A stretch of 55,933 nt of DNA from a virus (lineage: Duplodnaviria > Caudoviricetes): the IMG/VR virus record IMGVR_UViG_3300032331_000244, positions 1 to 55,933 of that record; one strand, 5' to 3'. Within the stretch, counting starts at the first letter, position 1. Every line of letters starts with the position of its first letter. A program made the translations under genes and the position numbers. The notes beneath the pieces were generated by a model. It saw only the letters and a program-made list of their open reading frames with translations, did not search any database and was not told where the DNA came from. Shown in pieces: positions 7,986 through 18,325 of the stretch.

Positions 7986-10900
7986 ATGGCATTAACATCA
8001 CCAGGCGTAGAAGTCACAATCATTGATCAAAGTCAATACTTACCAGCAGCCGGCGGCGGCGTACCACTTGTAGTATTTGCTACAGCACAAAACAAATCTA
8101 ATCCTTCGAAAACAGGTGTAGCACCGGGTACCACTGCTGCAAATGCAGGTAAATTGTATCAAATGACAAGTCAAAAAGATTTGGTAGACTTTTATGGTAC
8201 ACCTTTCTTCTATTCAACAACAAACGGAACACCTATTCAAGGTTACGAATTAAACGAATATGGCTTATTAGCTGCATATTCAGCATTAGGTATTACTAAT
8301 CGTATATATTGCTTACGTGCAGATATAGATTTATCTGCATATGTTGGTGCTGTTGGAAGACCAACTGGTGCTCCAGCAGATGGTTTATACTGGTTAGATA
8401 GTACTACAAGTACCTGGGGTATATTTCAATTTAGTGCTACTAGAAATAATGGTCGTGGAGGGTTTGTTGAAGTATCTCCTATTCTAATTAGTGATGAGAC
8501 TCAAACTATAGCAGGTGTGCCATTAGACAGTATTGGTAATATAGGCGACTATGCTGTAGTTACTATAGAACCATTAATATATCCGGCAAAACAACAGTAT
8601 TACTTCAAAGGATTTGATAATAGTTGGCATGGTCTTGGTACTCCAGGTTGGTCAGGGCAATGGCCTACTATACAAGGTACTGCATCTAATCCTACATTAA
8701 ATGTAGGTGATGTTTTTAGAATTAATATAAATGGTCAAACTACTTTCAACGTACAAGTTCCGGCTTCACCAAATAATACTGTATTCGGTGTTGCAAATGC
8801 AATTAATGACTTAGCTGCTGCATATGTTAGTGCTGATGTAGTAAGCGGAAAATTAGTTATATATTCTAAAACACCTAATCCAGGTAATACATATTTAGGA
8901 GTAGCAAATATTACAGGTACTCCATTAACTGCGTTGGGTATACCTCTAAGAAATTACTTTGCTCCATTAGTATCATACGGTACTTCAGCGCAACAACCAT
9001 TGTGGACTAGCACTGCAACAGCTCCTCACCCAACTGGTTCAGTATGGATTAAAATGGGCAGTTCTGGAAACGGTCAAGTACCAGTGATGTCACAATACAA
9101 CGCTACCTCAGGCGCTTGGATAACAAAAAATGTAACTTTAGCATTAAATGATTGGACAGCAACTAGTAGATTAGATGCAACTGGTGGTAGTCTAATACCA
9201 GTAGGAACAATCTATGGTCAATATAATTTTAACAATGGTTATAATAATGTTGCAACTCCTACTTTTTATAGAGTAAGATCAGCAGTTGGCCCAACTATAG
9301 TAACAGGTAATACTACCCCTACTACGTTTGTTCCAGCTTTTAGTTTAGCGGCAGCTAGTATATTTGTTCAAGTAAGTGTCCCTAGCAGTTCTACTTTATC
9401 TAGTACATATACAGTTAGTGTTAACACTGGTGCTACTGTCAGTCAATTTATAACAGCTTGGACTGCTGCAGGTATACCTTACACTAGCATAGGTACAAAT
9501 GACAATGGAGAAATCGTACTATCTCACACTGAAGGTGGAGAAATTATGATGAATGACTTTATTAGAACAGCAGGAGCAAATCAAGGATTTAGTAGCGGAT
9601 TGATAGAACAAGCTGGATTTGTTGCGGGTGAGAATTGCAGATATAGTTCACCAATATCACAGTCATTCTTGAGTCTAGCAACTACTAACATAACTGATCC
9701 AGCAAGTGCTGGGACTGGTGCTACAGTTAATGTAACCATTAACGACGGTATCTATATGCTAACTGGTACTGGTGTTGGTAATAGTGCAGGCACAGGGTAT
9801 GTGGTTGGTGATTTAGTACTAGTAGACGGCGCATTATTAGGCGGTGTTTCGGGTACTAATGATTTGACATATGTTGTAACAACAGTAAATGGTTCAGGTG
9901 GAGTAACAGGTTTTAGTTACTACGATGGATTTGGTAGTGGTGACTTCGGTGTTCTTTTAAGTAACTGGGCAACACTAACTAATTATCGTGTTAACGAAGG
10001 TGCACCAGTAGCACTTCCTCCAAACAACACCCCATGGTATTGGAGTGTTGCTGACCAAGTTGACATCATGGTTCAAGCTAACGGTCAATGGAATGGTTAC
10101 AGAAATATCAATTACGATAGTTCTGGACAACCCCAACCAAGCGGAACTAATGCAACTGATCCAAATGGCCCTATCATTAGCGCAAGTGAACCAACTACTC
10201 AAAGTGACGATACGGCTTTAGTATACGGTGATTTGTGGATAGATACTAGTAATTTAGAACTGTTCCCATTAATTAGTCGTTGGGAAAGTGTAGATGACAA
10301 AGACATGTGGGTATTGATTGATAATAGTAATCAAACTAGTCCAACTGGTGTATTGTTTGCAGACGCACGTTGGGCTGGCAACGGAACAACAAACGTAGCA
10401 GATGATCCTATCCCAACAATCAAGAGTTTATTAACTAGTGATTACTTAGATTTGGATGCTCCGAATCCAGACTTATACCCAGAAGGTATGTTGTTATTCA
10501 ACACACGCCGTTCGGGATATAATGTTAAGGAATTTAAAGCAGATTATTTCAATAGTTTTAATTTCCCTGATCAATCTCTACCATTAGAGAAAGCAACATG
10601 GTTAACCGTAAGTGGACTACAATCAAATGGTAGTCCATATATGGGGCGTAAAGCACAACGTCAAATGGTTGTAAAAGCATTGCGTTCAGTTATTGATACT
10701 AATACTGAGATTCGTGATGAAGATAACTTCTTTACTTTGATGGCTACACCAGCTTATCCTGAAACACAACCTAACATGGTTGTATTGAATGCAGATCGTG
10801 GAGAAACATGCTATATCTTAGGTGATACACCAATGAGATTGCCTGCTAATGCAACTGCAATTCAAGCATGGGCTACTAATGCCGCAGGTGCTACAAGCAC

Positions 10901-11585
10901 AGGTGAAGAAGGATGTGTAACACGTAATACATACTTAGGATTGTTCTATCCAAGTGGAATTGCCCCTGACTTATCAGGTAATTTAGTTGCAGTACCTCCA
11001 AGTCACATGATGTTACGTACATTCTTACGTAATGATCAAATTGCTTATCCTTGGTTTGCAGCAGCAGGTACACGTAGAGGTAATATTGACAATGCTACAA
11101 ATATTGGTTATATTGATTTAACAACCGGCGAATTCATAACTATTAAAAATAGAATTGGATTACGTGATGTATTGTATATCAACTTTATCAATCCATTAAC
11201 ATTCTTTACTGGCATTGGCTTACTAAATTACGGCAACAAGACAAGTTACAATAGTTCTAGTGCATTAGATAGAACTAACGTAGCACGATTAATTGCGTAT
11301 GTACGTAGACAATTAACTTTAGCAACAAGACCGTTTGTATTTGAACCTAATGATGCATTAACTCGCAATCAAATTCAAGGTGTTGTTCAAACATTAATGG
11401 TTGATTTAGTTGCAAAACGTGGTATATATGACTATCTAGTTATATGTGATGCAAGTAATAATACACCTGCAAGAATAGATAGGAATGAACTTTGGGTAGA
11501 CGTAGCAATTGAGCCAGTAAAAGCGGCTGAATTTATTTACATTCCGGTTCGTGTGTTAAACACAGGTGAGATAGCATCATTATAA
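7986..11585 (+). CDS. Contractile tail sheath protein (gp18-like), enlarged
   Basis: MALTSPGVEVTIIDQS N-terminus; C-terminal PWFAAAGTRRG, LDRTNVARL, FVFEPND, CDASNNTPARIDRNELWVDVAIEPVKAAEFI. Confidence 0.95.
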   Translation: MALTSPGVEVTIIDQSQYLPAAGGGVPLVVFATAQNKSNPSKTGVAPGTTAANAGKLYQMTSQKDLVDFYGTPFFYSTTNGTPIQGYELNEYGLLAAYSALGITNRIYCLRADIDLSAYVGAVGRPTGAPADGLYWLDSTTSTWGIFQFSATRNNGRGGFVEVSPILISDETQTIAGVPLDSIGNIGDYAVVTIEPLIYPAKQQYYFKGFDNSWHGLGTPGWSGQWPTIQGTASNPTLNVGDVFRININGQTTFNVQVPASPNNTVFGVANAINDLAAAYVSADVVSGKLVIYSKTPNPGNTYLGVANITGTPLTALGIPLRNYFAPLVSYGTSAQQPLWTSTATAPHPTGSVWIKMGSSGNGQVPVMSQYNATSGAWITKNVTLALNDWTATSRLDATGGSLIPVGTIYGQYNFNNGYNNVATPTFYRVRSAVGPTIVTGNTTPTTFVPAFSLAAASIFVQVSVPSSSTLSSTYTVSVNTGATVSQFITAWTAAGIPYTSIGTNDNGEIVLSHTEGGEIMMNDFIRTAGANQGFSSGLIEQAGFVAGENCRYSSPISQSFLSLATTNITDPASAGTGATVNVTINDGIYMLTGTGVGNSAGTGYVVGDLVLVDGALLGGVSGTNDLTYVVTTVNGSGGVTGFSYYDGFGSGDFGVLLSNWATLTNYRVNEGAPVALPPNNTPWYWSVADQVDIMVQANGQWNGYRNINYDSSGQPQPSGTNATDPNGPIISASEPTTQSDDTALVYGDLWIDTSNLELFPLISRWESVDDKDMWVLIDNSNQTSPTGVLFADARWAGNGTTNVADDPIPTIKSLLTSDYLDLDAPNPDLYPEGMLLFNTRRSGYNVKEFKADYFNSFNFPDQSLPLEKATWLTVSGLQSNGSPYMGRKAQRQMVVKALRSVIDTNTEIRDEDNFFTLMATPAYPETQPNMVVLNADRGETCYILGDTPMRLPANATAIQAWATNAAGATSTGEEGCVTRNTYLGLFYPSGIAPDLSGNLVAVPPSHMMLRTFLRNDQIAYPWFAAAGTRRGNIDNATNIGYIDLTTGEFITIKNRIGLRDVLYINFINPLTFFTGIGLLNYGNKTSYNSSSALDRTNVARLIAYVRRQLTLATRPFVFEPNDALTRNQIQGVVQTLMVDLVAKRGIYDYLVICDASNNTPARIDRNELWVDVAIEPVKAAEFIYIPVRVLNTGEIASL

Positions 11586-11592
11586 TAAAATA

Positions 11593-11620
11593 AGATAACC
11601 CCTTAGGGGGTTATCTGTTT
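11593..11620 (+). terminator. Stem-loop / intrinsic terminator after the sheath gene
   Basis: AGATAACCCC-TTAG-GGGGTTATCT followed by GTTT. Confidence 0.75.
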
Positions 11621-11626
11621 ATTTAA

Positions 11627-11634
11627 GATAAATA
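11627..11634 (+). promoter_or_regulatory. Late promoter GATAAATA for the tail tube gene
   Basis: Motif followed by AGGAG RBS and ATG 11657. Confidence 0.75.
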
Positions 11635-11656
11635 AGATTAACAGGAGAAACATAAA

Positions 11657-12289
11657 ATGGCAACAGCCTCACAATCATTGTTCAACATGACAGTAGCATC
11701 TGATAATGCCGGTGGCAATCAGGGCTTACTAATGCCAAAACTACAGTTCAGATTCAGAGTTAACTTTTTGAATTTTGGAACAAACACAAGTTCAGTTGAA
11801 TTAACTAAACAAGTTATTGACTGCGCTAGACCAAACGTACAGTTTCAAGAAATTACATTACCAATTTACAACTCAACAATGTATTTGGCTGGTAAAGCCA
11901 CATGGCAAACATTGCCTATCAACATTCGTGATGATGCTTCAAATACTGTAGCTAAACTAGTTGGTCAACAATTGCAGAAGCAAATGGACTTTGTTGAACA
12001 AGCAAGTGCAGCTACTGGTCAAGACTATAAGTTCCAAACTAATATTGAAATACTAGACGGTGGCAATGGTGCTGCTGCTCCTATTGTATTAGAAACTTGG
12101 GAATTATATGGTTGTTTCTTGCAAACAGTAAACTATAACACTTTGAACTATGCTACCAGTGACGCAGTAACAATTGCATTGACATTACGTTTTGATAACG
12201 CAATTCAATCTCCAATTGGAGCTGGTGTTGGTGCTAGTATCGGTAGAACAATTGGTTCAATTGCTACTGGTATTGGTGGTTCACTATAA
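11657..12289 (+). CDS. Tail tube protein (gp19-like)
   Basis: Follows the sheath; LLMPKLQFRFRVNF, YLAGKATWQ, ETWELYGCF, LNYATSDAVTIALTLRFDNA. Confidence 0.9.
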   Translation: MATASQSLFNMTVASDNAGGNQGLLMPKLQFRFRVNFLNFGTNTSSVELTKQVIDCARPNVQFQEITLPIYNSTMYLAGKATWQTLPINIRDDASNTVAKLVGQQLQKQMDFVEQASAATGQDYKFQTNIEILDGGNGAAAPIVLETWELYGCFLQTVNYNTLNYATSDAVTIALTLRFDNAIQSPIGAGVGASIGRTIGSIATGIGGSL

Positions 12290-12317
12290 GAACTACACTA
12301 CTATAAAAATCTAGTAT

Positions 12318-13589
12318 ATGGCTGGATTTATTCAGAACTTACTACAGGACGCTGCCGGAACATTTTTCGGTGGCGATTTCCTTCGTGATTACATACATGC
12401 TGCTAAAACTTTTAGACCTAATGCATATCAAAATGCACCTAAATTTAAATATCTATTTCATACGTATTTTGATATAAATGCTGAAGCATTCCCTGAAGCG
12501 GTCAACAATAATTATGGAATAATGGTAAAAACTGTCAAATTACCTAGCTTTACATTTGACACTGTTACATTGAATCAATATAATCGTAAAAGAATTATAC
12601 AAACAAAAATAAAATATGACCCTATTGATATTACTTTCCATGATGATAATGGAAGTGGATTAAACTCACCAAATCAAGGTGGAACTATTCGTGCTATGTG
12701 GAAAGCATATTATAATTACTATTATGCTGACGGCAGAAAACCACAAGTAATATTTCAAGGTACTAGAGGTGGAGCCGGAACTCCACAGCAAGTTGGTGGA
12801 GGTGTGATAGCTACTGCAACTGATGCTAATTATAATTCAAGAACACAGTATCAACCTTCTATAACAGGCAGTGATGATTGGGGTTATATAGGAGATACAA
12901 CAAATGCCGCTGGACAAAAAATACCTTTCTTTAAAAATATAACTGTGTTTGGTTTTAACCAACATAATTTTGTAGCGTACACATTAATTAATCCTATCAT
13001 AACTAGATTTGGTCATGATACGTATGATTATGCACAGGGCAATGGTACTATGCAACATAACATGACATTAGATTATGAGACTGTAGCATACAATGAAGGT
13101 GCAATAGATGGACAAAATCCAAATAACATAGTTACTGGATTTGGTTCTAATGAAAACTATGATAGATATGTAAGTCCTATTGCAAGACCTGGATCAAATG
13201 CAACCATATTAGGACCCAATGGTCTAACTGATGGTGTAGGAGGTGCTATGAGTAGATTTGCACAAGGTGATATATTAGGTGGAATTCAAGCAGCAGGTAC
13301 TACATACAATACTTTTAAAAATACTAACGTATTAAACATTGCAAAGTCAGAAGCAGTGAGCGGATTGTTAGGTGCAATTCAAGGAACACCCAACAGAAAT
13401 GTAAATGTAGCAACTCCTATATTTGGTGCTACATCTCAACTAATAGGAACGGCTGGTTCATCACTCAATGGAATAGCACAATCTGCAATACAATTAGGCC
13501 GGCGTGTTGCTGGAACACAAGTTCCTGGTGCCCCTACAACAAGTAATACAGTTACTGGTGGAAGAAATAGTAATCTAACTATTGATTGA
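12318..13589 (+). CDS. Tail tube-like protein (tube initiator/baseplate, gp48/gp54-like)
   Basis: VKTVKLPSFTFDTVTLNQYNRKRIIQTKIKYDPIDITFHDD and LINPIITRFGHDTYDY...MTLDYE, a tube-fold pattern; position after the tube gene. Confidence 0.65.
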   Translation: MAGFIQNLLQDAAGTFFGGDFLRDYIHAAKTFRPNAYQNAPKFKYLFHTYFDINAEAFPEAVNNNYGIMVKTVKLPSFTFDTVTLNQYNRKRIIQTKIKYDPIDITFHDDNGSGLNSPNQGGTIRAMWKAYYNYYYADGRKPQVIFQGTRGGAGTPQQVGGGVIATATDANYNSRTQYQPSITGSDDWGYIGDTTNAAGQKIPFFKNITVFGFNQHNFVAYTLINPIITRFGHDTYDYAQGNGTMQHNMTLDYETVAYNEGAIDGQNPNNIVTGFGSNENYDRYVSPIARPGSNATILGPNGLTDGVGGAMSRFAQGDILGGIQAAGTTYNTFKNTNVLNIAKSEAVSGLLGAIQGTPNRNVNVATPIFGATSQLIGTAGSSLNGIAQSAIQLGRRVAGTQVPGAPTTSNTVTGGRNSNLTID

Positions 13590-13599
13590 TAAATAAAAT

Positions 13600-13959
13600 A
13601 TGGCACAAATAATAGATAACAAAACATCAACCGATAGAACAATACAAATTTTTGATTCGTTTTATTCATTTAACACAATTGTTAATGCTAACGAATATGA
13701 TATTGTTCATTCTTATTTTATATCAAAATGTGACACTGTTAAAATAGCAGATAATTTTACTGCGGCATTATTTAGAATAGCACAAGAAACACAAATATAC
13801 ATCCTTGATTTGCTAGGTCAAATTAAAGGAAAAACTACAATGGAATTAAATCAAATACTTGCATATTATTTGAATAGTTTCAAAAGTAAAACAACATTGT
13901 ATGGTGTTAGTATAGCACCTAGACCAAATCAACCTATTGCACGGAACATAGTTCAATAA
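13600..13959 (+). CDS. Hypothetical late protein
   Basis: ORF preceded by GATAAATA (13588-13595). Confidence 0.75.
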   Translation: MAQIIDNKTSTDRTIQIFDSFYSFNTIVNANEYDIVHSYFISKCDTVKIADNFTAALFRIAQETQIYILDLLGQIKGKTTMELNQILAYYLNSFKSKTTLYGVSIAPRPNQPIARNIVQ

Positions 13960-13961
13960 TC

Positions 13962-14399
13962 ATGGGTAACTGGGCACAAGGTATATTTATTCCTAAAAAC
14001 CCACAAAAGTATGTAGGTAAGCATAAACCTAAATATCGTTCAGGGTGGGAACTAACATTCATGACCTTCTGTGATAGCCATAAAAATGTTACACATTGGG
14101 CAAGTGAATCTATGTCAATCCCCTATCGTAGCCCATTAGATGGCAAAATGCATATGTACATACCAGACTTCTTTGTTGTATATCAAAACAAGTACGGTAA
14201 ACAACTAGCAGAAGTAGTAGAAATTAAACCTAAAAAACAAAGTCTAATTGAAAGCAGAGTAGCAAGTGCAAGAGACCGTGCTGTAGTAGCGGTTAATCAT
14301 GCTAAATGGCAATCAGCAATGGCATATTGTAAAATGCAAGGCTTTACATTTAGAGTAATCACAGAGGATGACCTTTTTAGAAACGGTACACGAAAGTAA
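13962..14399 (+). CDS. Head completion nuclease (T4 gp4-like, TnsA-type PD-(D/E)xK)
   Basis: PKNPQKYVG...YRSGWE...WASE...IPY...YIPDF...EIKP...N.AKW..A...F.VITE. Confidence 0.9.
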   Translation: MGNWAQGIFIPKNPQKYVGKHKPKYRSGWELTFMTFCDSHKNVTHWASESMSIPYRSPLDGKMHMYIPDFFVVYQNKYGKQLAEVVEIKPKKQSLIESRVASARDRAVVAVNHAKWQSAMAYCKMQGFTFRVITEDDLFRNGTRK

Positions 14400-14411
14400 C
14401 TAAATACTTTT

Positions 14412-14888
14412 ATGACCAAAAAACTAGAAGAACTTTTTGAACTTCCCCAAGACGATATAGACAGCTTGGCAAAACCAACCCCAGACAATGCACAGGAAAT
14501 CACCACTGAAGCATTAGATAGTCTATCAAAAATAGAACAAGCATTGCCCCAAGTACGTGGCTTAGAAGCTGCGGATGACGAGATGGATAGTCTTGCTACA
14601 TTGGCACAAGATAGCTACAAAGACTTGATGGATTTAGGGATGCAAGTTGATAGCAGATATGCTAGTGAAATATTTAATGTTGCCGGAACAATGCTCGGAC
14701 ATGCTATTACAGCAAAGACTGCTAAATTAAATAAGAAGTTAAAGATGATTGATTTGCAATTGAAAAAAGCACAATTAGATCAAAAAGAAGCAAATAGAGA
14801 AAAAGAAATAGAAGCTACCCCAATGGGTGAAGGTAGGGAACTTGATAGAAACGAGTTGCTTAAGATGTTGGCAGCAAAATCCGACTAA
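14412..14888 (+). CDS. Probable terminase small subunit (gp16-like)
   Basis: Helical pattern DLMDLGMQVDSRYASEIFNVAGTML...MIDLQLKK...RNELLKML resembles T4-like gp16 (PRAYEVAGQL...DLQKK...ELQKLL); similarity judged by eye. Confidence 0.5.
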   Translation: MTKKLEELFELPQDDIDSLAKPTPDNAQEITTEALDSLSKIEQALPQVRGLEAADDEMDSLATLAQDSYKDLMDLGMQVDSRYASEIFNVAGTMLGHAITAKTAKLNKKLKMIDLQLKKAQLDQKEANREKEIEATPMGEGRELDRNELLKMLAAKSD

Positions 14889-14918
14889 AAAGATAAATAA
14901 GATATACAGGAATAAAAC

Positions 14919-15548
14919 ATGCGAAGCCTCAAACAATACATCATGGAAAGTGTACATACTTACAACTACACTATCAAAATTGCCGGCACCATTGACAAGA
15001 ATTTTTTAGATATGTTTAAGTACAATCTAAACAAGTTTGACCCGGTGGAAATCAGTGAACCAAAAAGTACCCCAATACAGAAATCACCATATGGTTTCCC
15101 TAATTTAGAGAATGAAAGTGTAACATTGATTAAAGCTGAATTTAGATATCCAGCTACAGAACCAATGATACAACAGATTGCTCAATTGTGCGGTTACAAT
15201 GTTAATATGGTTCGCATGGTATCTACTGACTATGACGATAGCGTTGATAGTGAGATGGCTGGATATGAGAACGAAATGAGTAATAGCCCATTGCTTGACC
15301 AAGAAAAAATGGGTGAGCAACCAGATGCTAAAGCAGCAAGCAAAGCATATGGGGATTCATATCTACAATCAATCAAAGAACAAACCAAAGACAGTATGAT
15401 TGATATTCCTTACGCAGGAAAAGAAACACCGGATTCGTTTGACCCGTTCAAGCCATATTTAGATGATAAGAAGTTGGGCGATAAGAGTCCGATGAGTACT
15501 ATAAAGATGCCACCAAAGCCAAAGACTGGCGCAGCATATAACCGTTAA
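14919..15548 (+). CDS. Hypothetical virion/head protein
   Basis: Late promoter GATAAATA 14892-14899, AGGA RBS; N-terminus MRSLKQYIMES resembles the T4 capsid-targeting leader. Confidence 0.75.
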   Translation: MRSLKQYIMESVHTYNYTIKIAGTIDKNFLDMFKYNLNKFDPVEISEPKSTPIQKSPYGFPNLENESVTLIKAEFRYPATEPMIQQIAQLCGYNVNMVRMVSTDYDDSVDSEMAGYENEMSNSPLLDQEKMGEQPDAKAASKAYGDSYLQSIKEQTKDSMIDIPYAGKETPDSFDPFKPYLDDKKLGDKSPMSTIKMPPKPKTGAAYNR

Positions 15549-15558
15549 GGAAAAGAAA

Positions 15559-18228
15559 ATGGATATTAGAGATATATTAAAATCATTCGACCAATTAACT
15601 GAAGGCGAAAAAACTGTTTCTGATAAAGGTACAGTTCATAAAGCAGGCCCAGGTGGTTACGGAAATAAACATGGATCAGAAGATGTAAAAGATCAGTATG
15701 GTCAACGCATTGGCAAAGCAAGTCTAGCCAAGATGGGAAAAGATGATGCTCCTGCTGCTGTTAAACGTGGCAAAGGTCGTCCCCCAAAGAATGCAGACTC
15801 ATCAGGTGAAGTTAAAAAGTATGATAGTTCAGAATTGAGCAAAGCAATGGGTATGGGTAAAGCACCTAAAGCAACTGGCAAGCCAAGTGTTAAGCATAGC
15901 TTGAAAGAATATTTTGAACAACTGGATTATGCATTGAATGAAGCAGGGTTAGCAGTACAACCAATGCCTGCTACACCGCAACAAAAGCAACAACAAGCAG
16001 TAGCAACAAAGCCATCTTTTATGATTAAAGACCCGGCTAATCCTAATATGCCAGCTATCACTACACAAGACCCAGCAGTAGTTCAAGCAGCTAAGAATGG
16101 TACAATGTCAATGCAAAAGCCAGGCGCTGCTCCAACTGGTCAACCAGCTCCGGGTGCTGCACCCGCTGCAGGGGCAGGATCACAAGTTGCACCAATGAAA
16201 GAAACAGGCGATAATTGGATCAAAGATGCTACAAAAAATAAAGGTGCATTCACTGCTAAAGCAAAATCACATGATATGACTCCTGCTCAGTTTAGAGCAA
16301 AGGTGTTAGCACATAAAGAAGATTATCCTGCTAAGACAGAAAAGCAAGCACAACTTGCTAAGACATTAAGCAAGATGCACGAAGCTGATGCACCACAACA
16401 CTTTGCTCAATCAAGTCCACTAAGCACAGCTAACCGTGATGTATTAGAAAGCAAGAAGGGTGTTAATCCTTTTGCTAAGAAAGATGACAAGACAGCAAAG
16501 AAAGATGACAAGGCTGAAAAGATTGGTAAGAAAGTTACTAAAGATATAGAAAAGGTAGAAGAAGCTGCTAAACCAGACTTCTTAGACATGGACAAAGACG
16601 GTGACAAGAAAGAGCCAATGAAGAAAGCCGTTAAAGATAAAAAGAAAGTGAAAGAAGGTATGGAACATCATTTACAAGCAGCGAGACTTGAAGGTAAGAG
16701 TCATGCACTAAGAAAAATGCCATATAATTGCACACACGATGATATGGAAGAAGCACGTTGCTATCATGACGGATTTAAAGAAGGGCTAGATGAATGCTAT
16801 GGTCAAATGCCTATACTAGGTCGTACAGCAGTTGATGAAAATCCAGTAACTAATAAAATGGCTAGCTATGGTGCTGATGACATGGGTATGGACGAAGGCA
16901 ATGCTTTCACTGCTGGTCTTGCTAAAACACCACATGGTAGTAAATTTAAAGTAGGTGGAAATACATTTACTGACAGAACACGCTATGATTCAAACTTAGA
17001 TGAATTTGCTTTTGAATCATTAGACAAGCAATTGAATTCATTGCTTGAAAGCGAAGAAAAAGTATCAGAAGGCATGACTGTTTCAATCAGTAAAGGTCAA
17101 CAAGGATCTCCTGATTCAGTAAGTGTATCAGCACAAGACGGTGAAGCAGATCAGTTACTATCTATCATCAAATCAGCAGGCATGGGATTGTTTGGCGGTG
17201 ATGAACAAAATGGTTATGGCGCACCACAAGGCTCAACACAAGCTCCTGGTGGCATTGAAGTAGTTGATGATCATGATGGTATGATGGCATTGATGAAGAA
17301 GTTATCTGGTGGTGAGATGCAAAGTGGTGGCGACTACGCAGATGAAGAAGGTTACGGAGAAGAAGGTCATTCACACGAAGGTGAAGAGCCTTGCAATGAA
17401 TGCGGAATGATGGAATGTGGATGTGAGCAACCAGCTGACCAGAGTCATGACGAACAGGGACAACCAGTTATGGGCGAACAAGAATCAGAAGATCAAATGG
17501 CTTACGAAGTAGCTGAAACAAATGCTCCAGATTCCGGTGCTGATAATACTAATGCTGATGTTGCAGGTAATGCAGCAGCTAATAGTGCATTAGCAACAGC
17601 GGACGCAGGTGAAGATGAAGAAGAAGGCGAAGTATATTCAAAACCAGTATCTGAAGATGGCGATGATGAAGCTGAAGCTGAGACAGAAGTAGATGATGCT
17701 GAAAACGTAGCAGAAGGTAATGCAAATGACTCTTGCAAAAAATGTGATTGCAGTCCTTGCAAGTGTGAAACAGTGGCAGAATCATTTTCTAATCTTTACA
17801 AGAAATTAGCATTGTTATCAGAAGAATCAACTAGTGAGAAAGATGACAAAGCAGAAAAAGCCGCCAAGAAAGTCGCTAAAGATATTGAATATGACGAGGG
17901 TCATAAAGGCAAAGATGATGACAAGGCAGAAGAAGCTGGCAAAAAAGTAAAAAAAGACATTGAGTATGATGACAAGAAAGACAAGAAAAAAATAGATGAA
18001 TGGGCTAATGAAGCCGGTAAAAACGGTACAGACGCATCATTTGAAGCCGATATTGATTTTATGACTAAAGTTATCAGTGGTGGATTGAATAAACAAAAAT
18101 CTACCGGTCAAACAACTATCCCAGTTGTTGCGGGTCAAAAATCTCGCATGGGAGTTGATGGTTTAGGTAGTCCAATGAAAGAGTCTACAGATTTGTTAAA
18201 AGACTATTTAAAATTAAGCGGGCTATAA
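15559..18228 (+). CDS. Large low-complexity, highly charged protein; probable internal head/scaffold-like polyprotein
   Basis: 889 aa, many hydrophobic-x-E motifs, KPDFLDMDKDGDKKEPMKKA motif, Cys clusters, KDDKAE...KDIE repeats, ends LKLSGL. Confidence 0.7.
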   Translation: MDIRDILKSFDQLTEGEKTVSDKGTVHKAGPGGYGNKHGSEDVKDQYGQRIGKASLAKMGKDDAPAAVKRGKGRPPKNADSSGEVKKYDSSELSKAMGMGKAPKATGKPSVKHSLKEYFEQLDYALNEAGLAVQPMPATPQQKQQQAVATKPSFMIKDPANPNMPAITTQDPAVVQAAKNGTMSMQKPGAAPTGQPAPGAAPAAGAGSQVAPMKETGDNWIKDATKNKGAFTAKAKSHDMTPAQFRAKVLAHKEDYPAKTEKQAQLAKTLSKMHEADAPQHFAQSSPLSTANRDVLESKKGVNPFAKKDDKTAKKDDKAEKIGKKVTKDIEKVEEAAKPDFLDMDKDGDKKEPMKKAVKDKKKVKEGMEHHLQAARLEGKSHALRKMPYNCTHDDMEEARCYHDGFKEGLDECYGQMPILGRTAVDENPVTNKMASYGADDMGMDEGNAFTAGLAKTPHGSKFKVGGNTFTDRTRYDSNLDEFAFESLDKQLNSLLESEEKVSEGMTVSISKGQQGSPDSVSVSAQDGEADQLLSIIKSAGMGLFGGDEQNGYGAPQGSTQAPGGIEVVDDHDGMMALMKKLSGGEMQSGGDYADEEGYGEEGHSHEGEEPCNECGMMECGCEQPADQSHDEQGQPVMGEQESEDQMAYEVAETNAPDSGADNTNADVAGNAAANSALATADAGEDEEEGEVYSKPVSEDGDDEAEAETEVDDAENVAEGNANDSCKKCDCSPCKCETVAESFSNLYKKLALLSEESTSEKDDKAEKAAKKVAKDIEYDEGHKGKDDDKAEEAGKKVKKDIEYDDKKDKKKIDEWANEAGKNGTDASFEADIDFMTKVISGGLNKQKSTGQTTIPVVAGQKSRMGVDGLGSPMKESTDLLKDYLKLSGL

Positions 18229-18244
18229 TAACACCGTACTTTAG

Positions 18245-18272
18245 ATACCCGGCTTAGGTCGGGTATTTTTTT
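18245..18272 (+). terminator. Intrinsic terminator
   Basis: ATACCCGGC-TTAG-GTCGGGTAT followed by a T run. Confidence 0.9.
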
Positions 18273-18294
18273 GGGTCACTGTTTCTTTTAAAAC

Positions 18295-18313
18295 GATAAA
18301 TACATTATAAATA
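18295..18313 (+). promoter_or_regulatory. Tandem late promoters GATAAATA / TATAAATA
   Basis: Two copies (18295-18302, 18306-18313) before ATG 18326. Confidence 0.7.
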
Positions 18314-18325
18314 GGTAACATTAAC

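Noticed and set aside
13962-14399. TnsA-like nuclease as evidence of a Tn7-like transposon
   Set aside because: Motifs and context match the T4 gp4 head completion protein; no tnsB/tnsC or transposon ends
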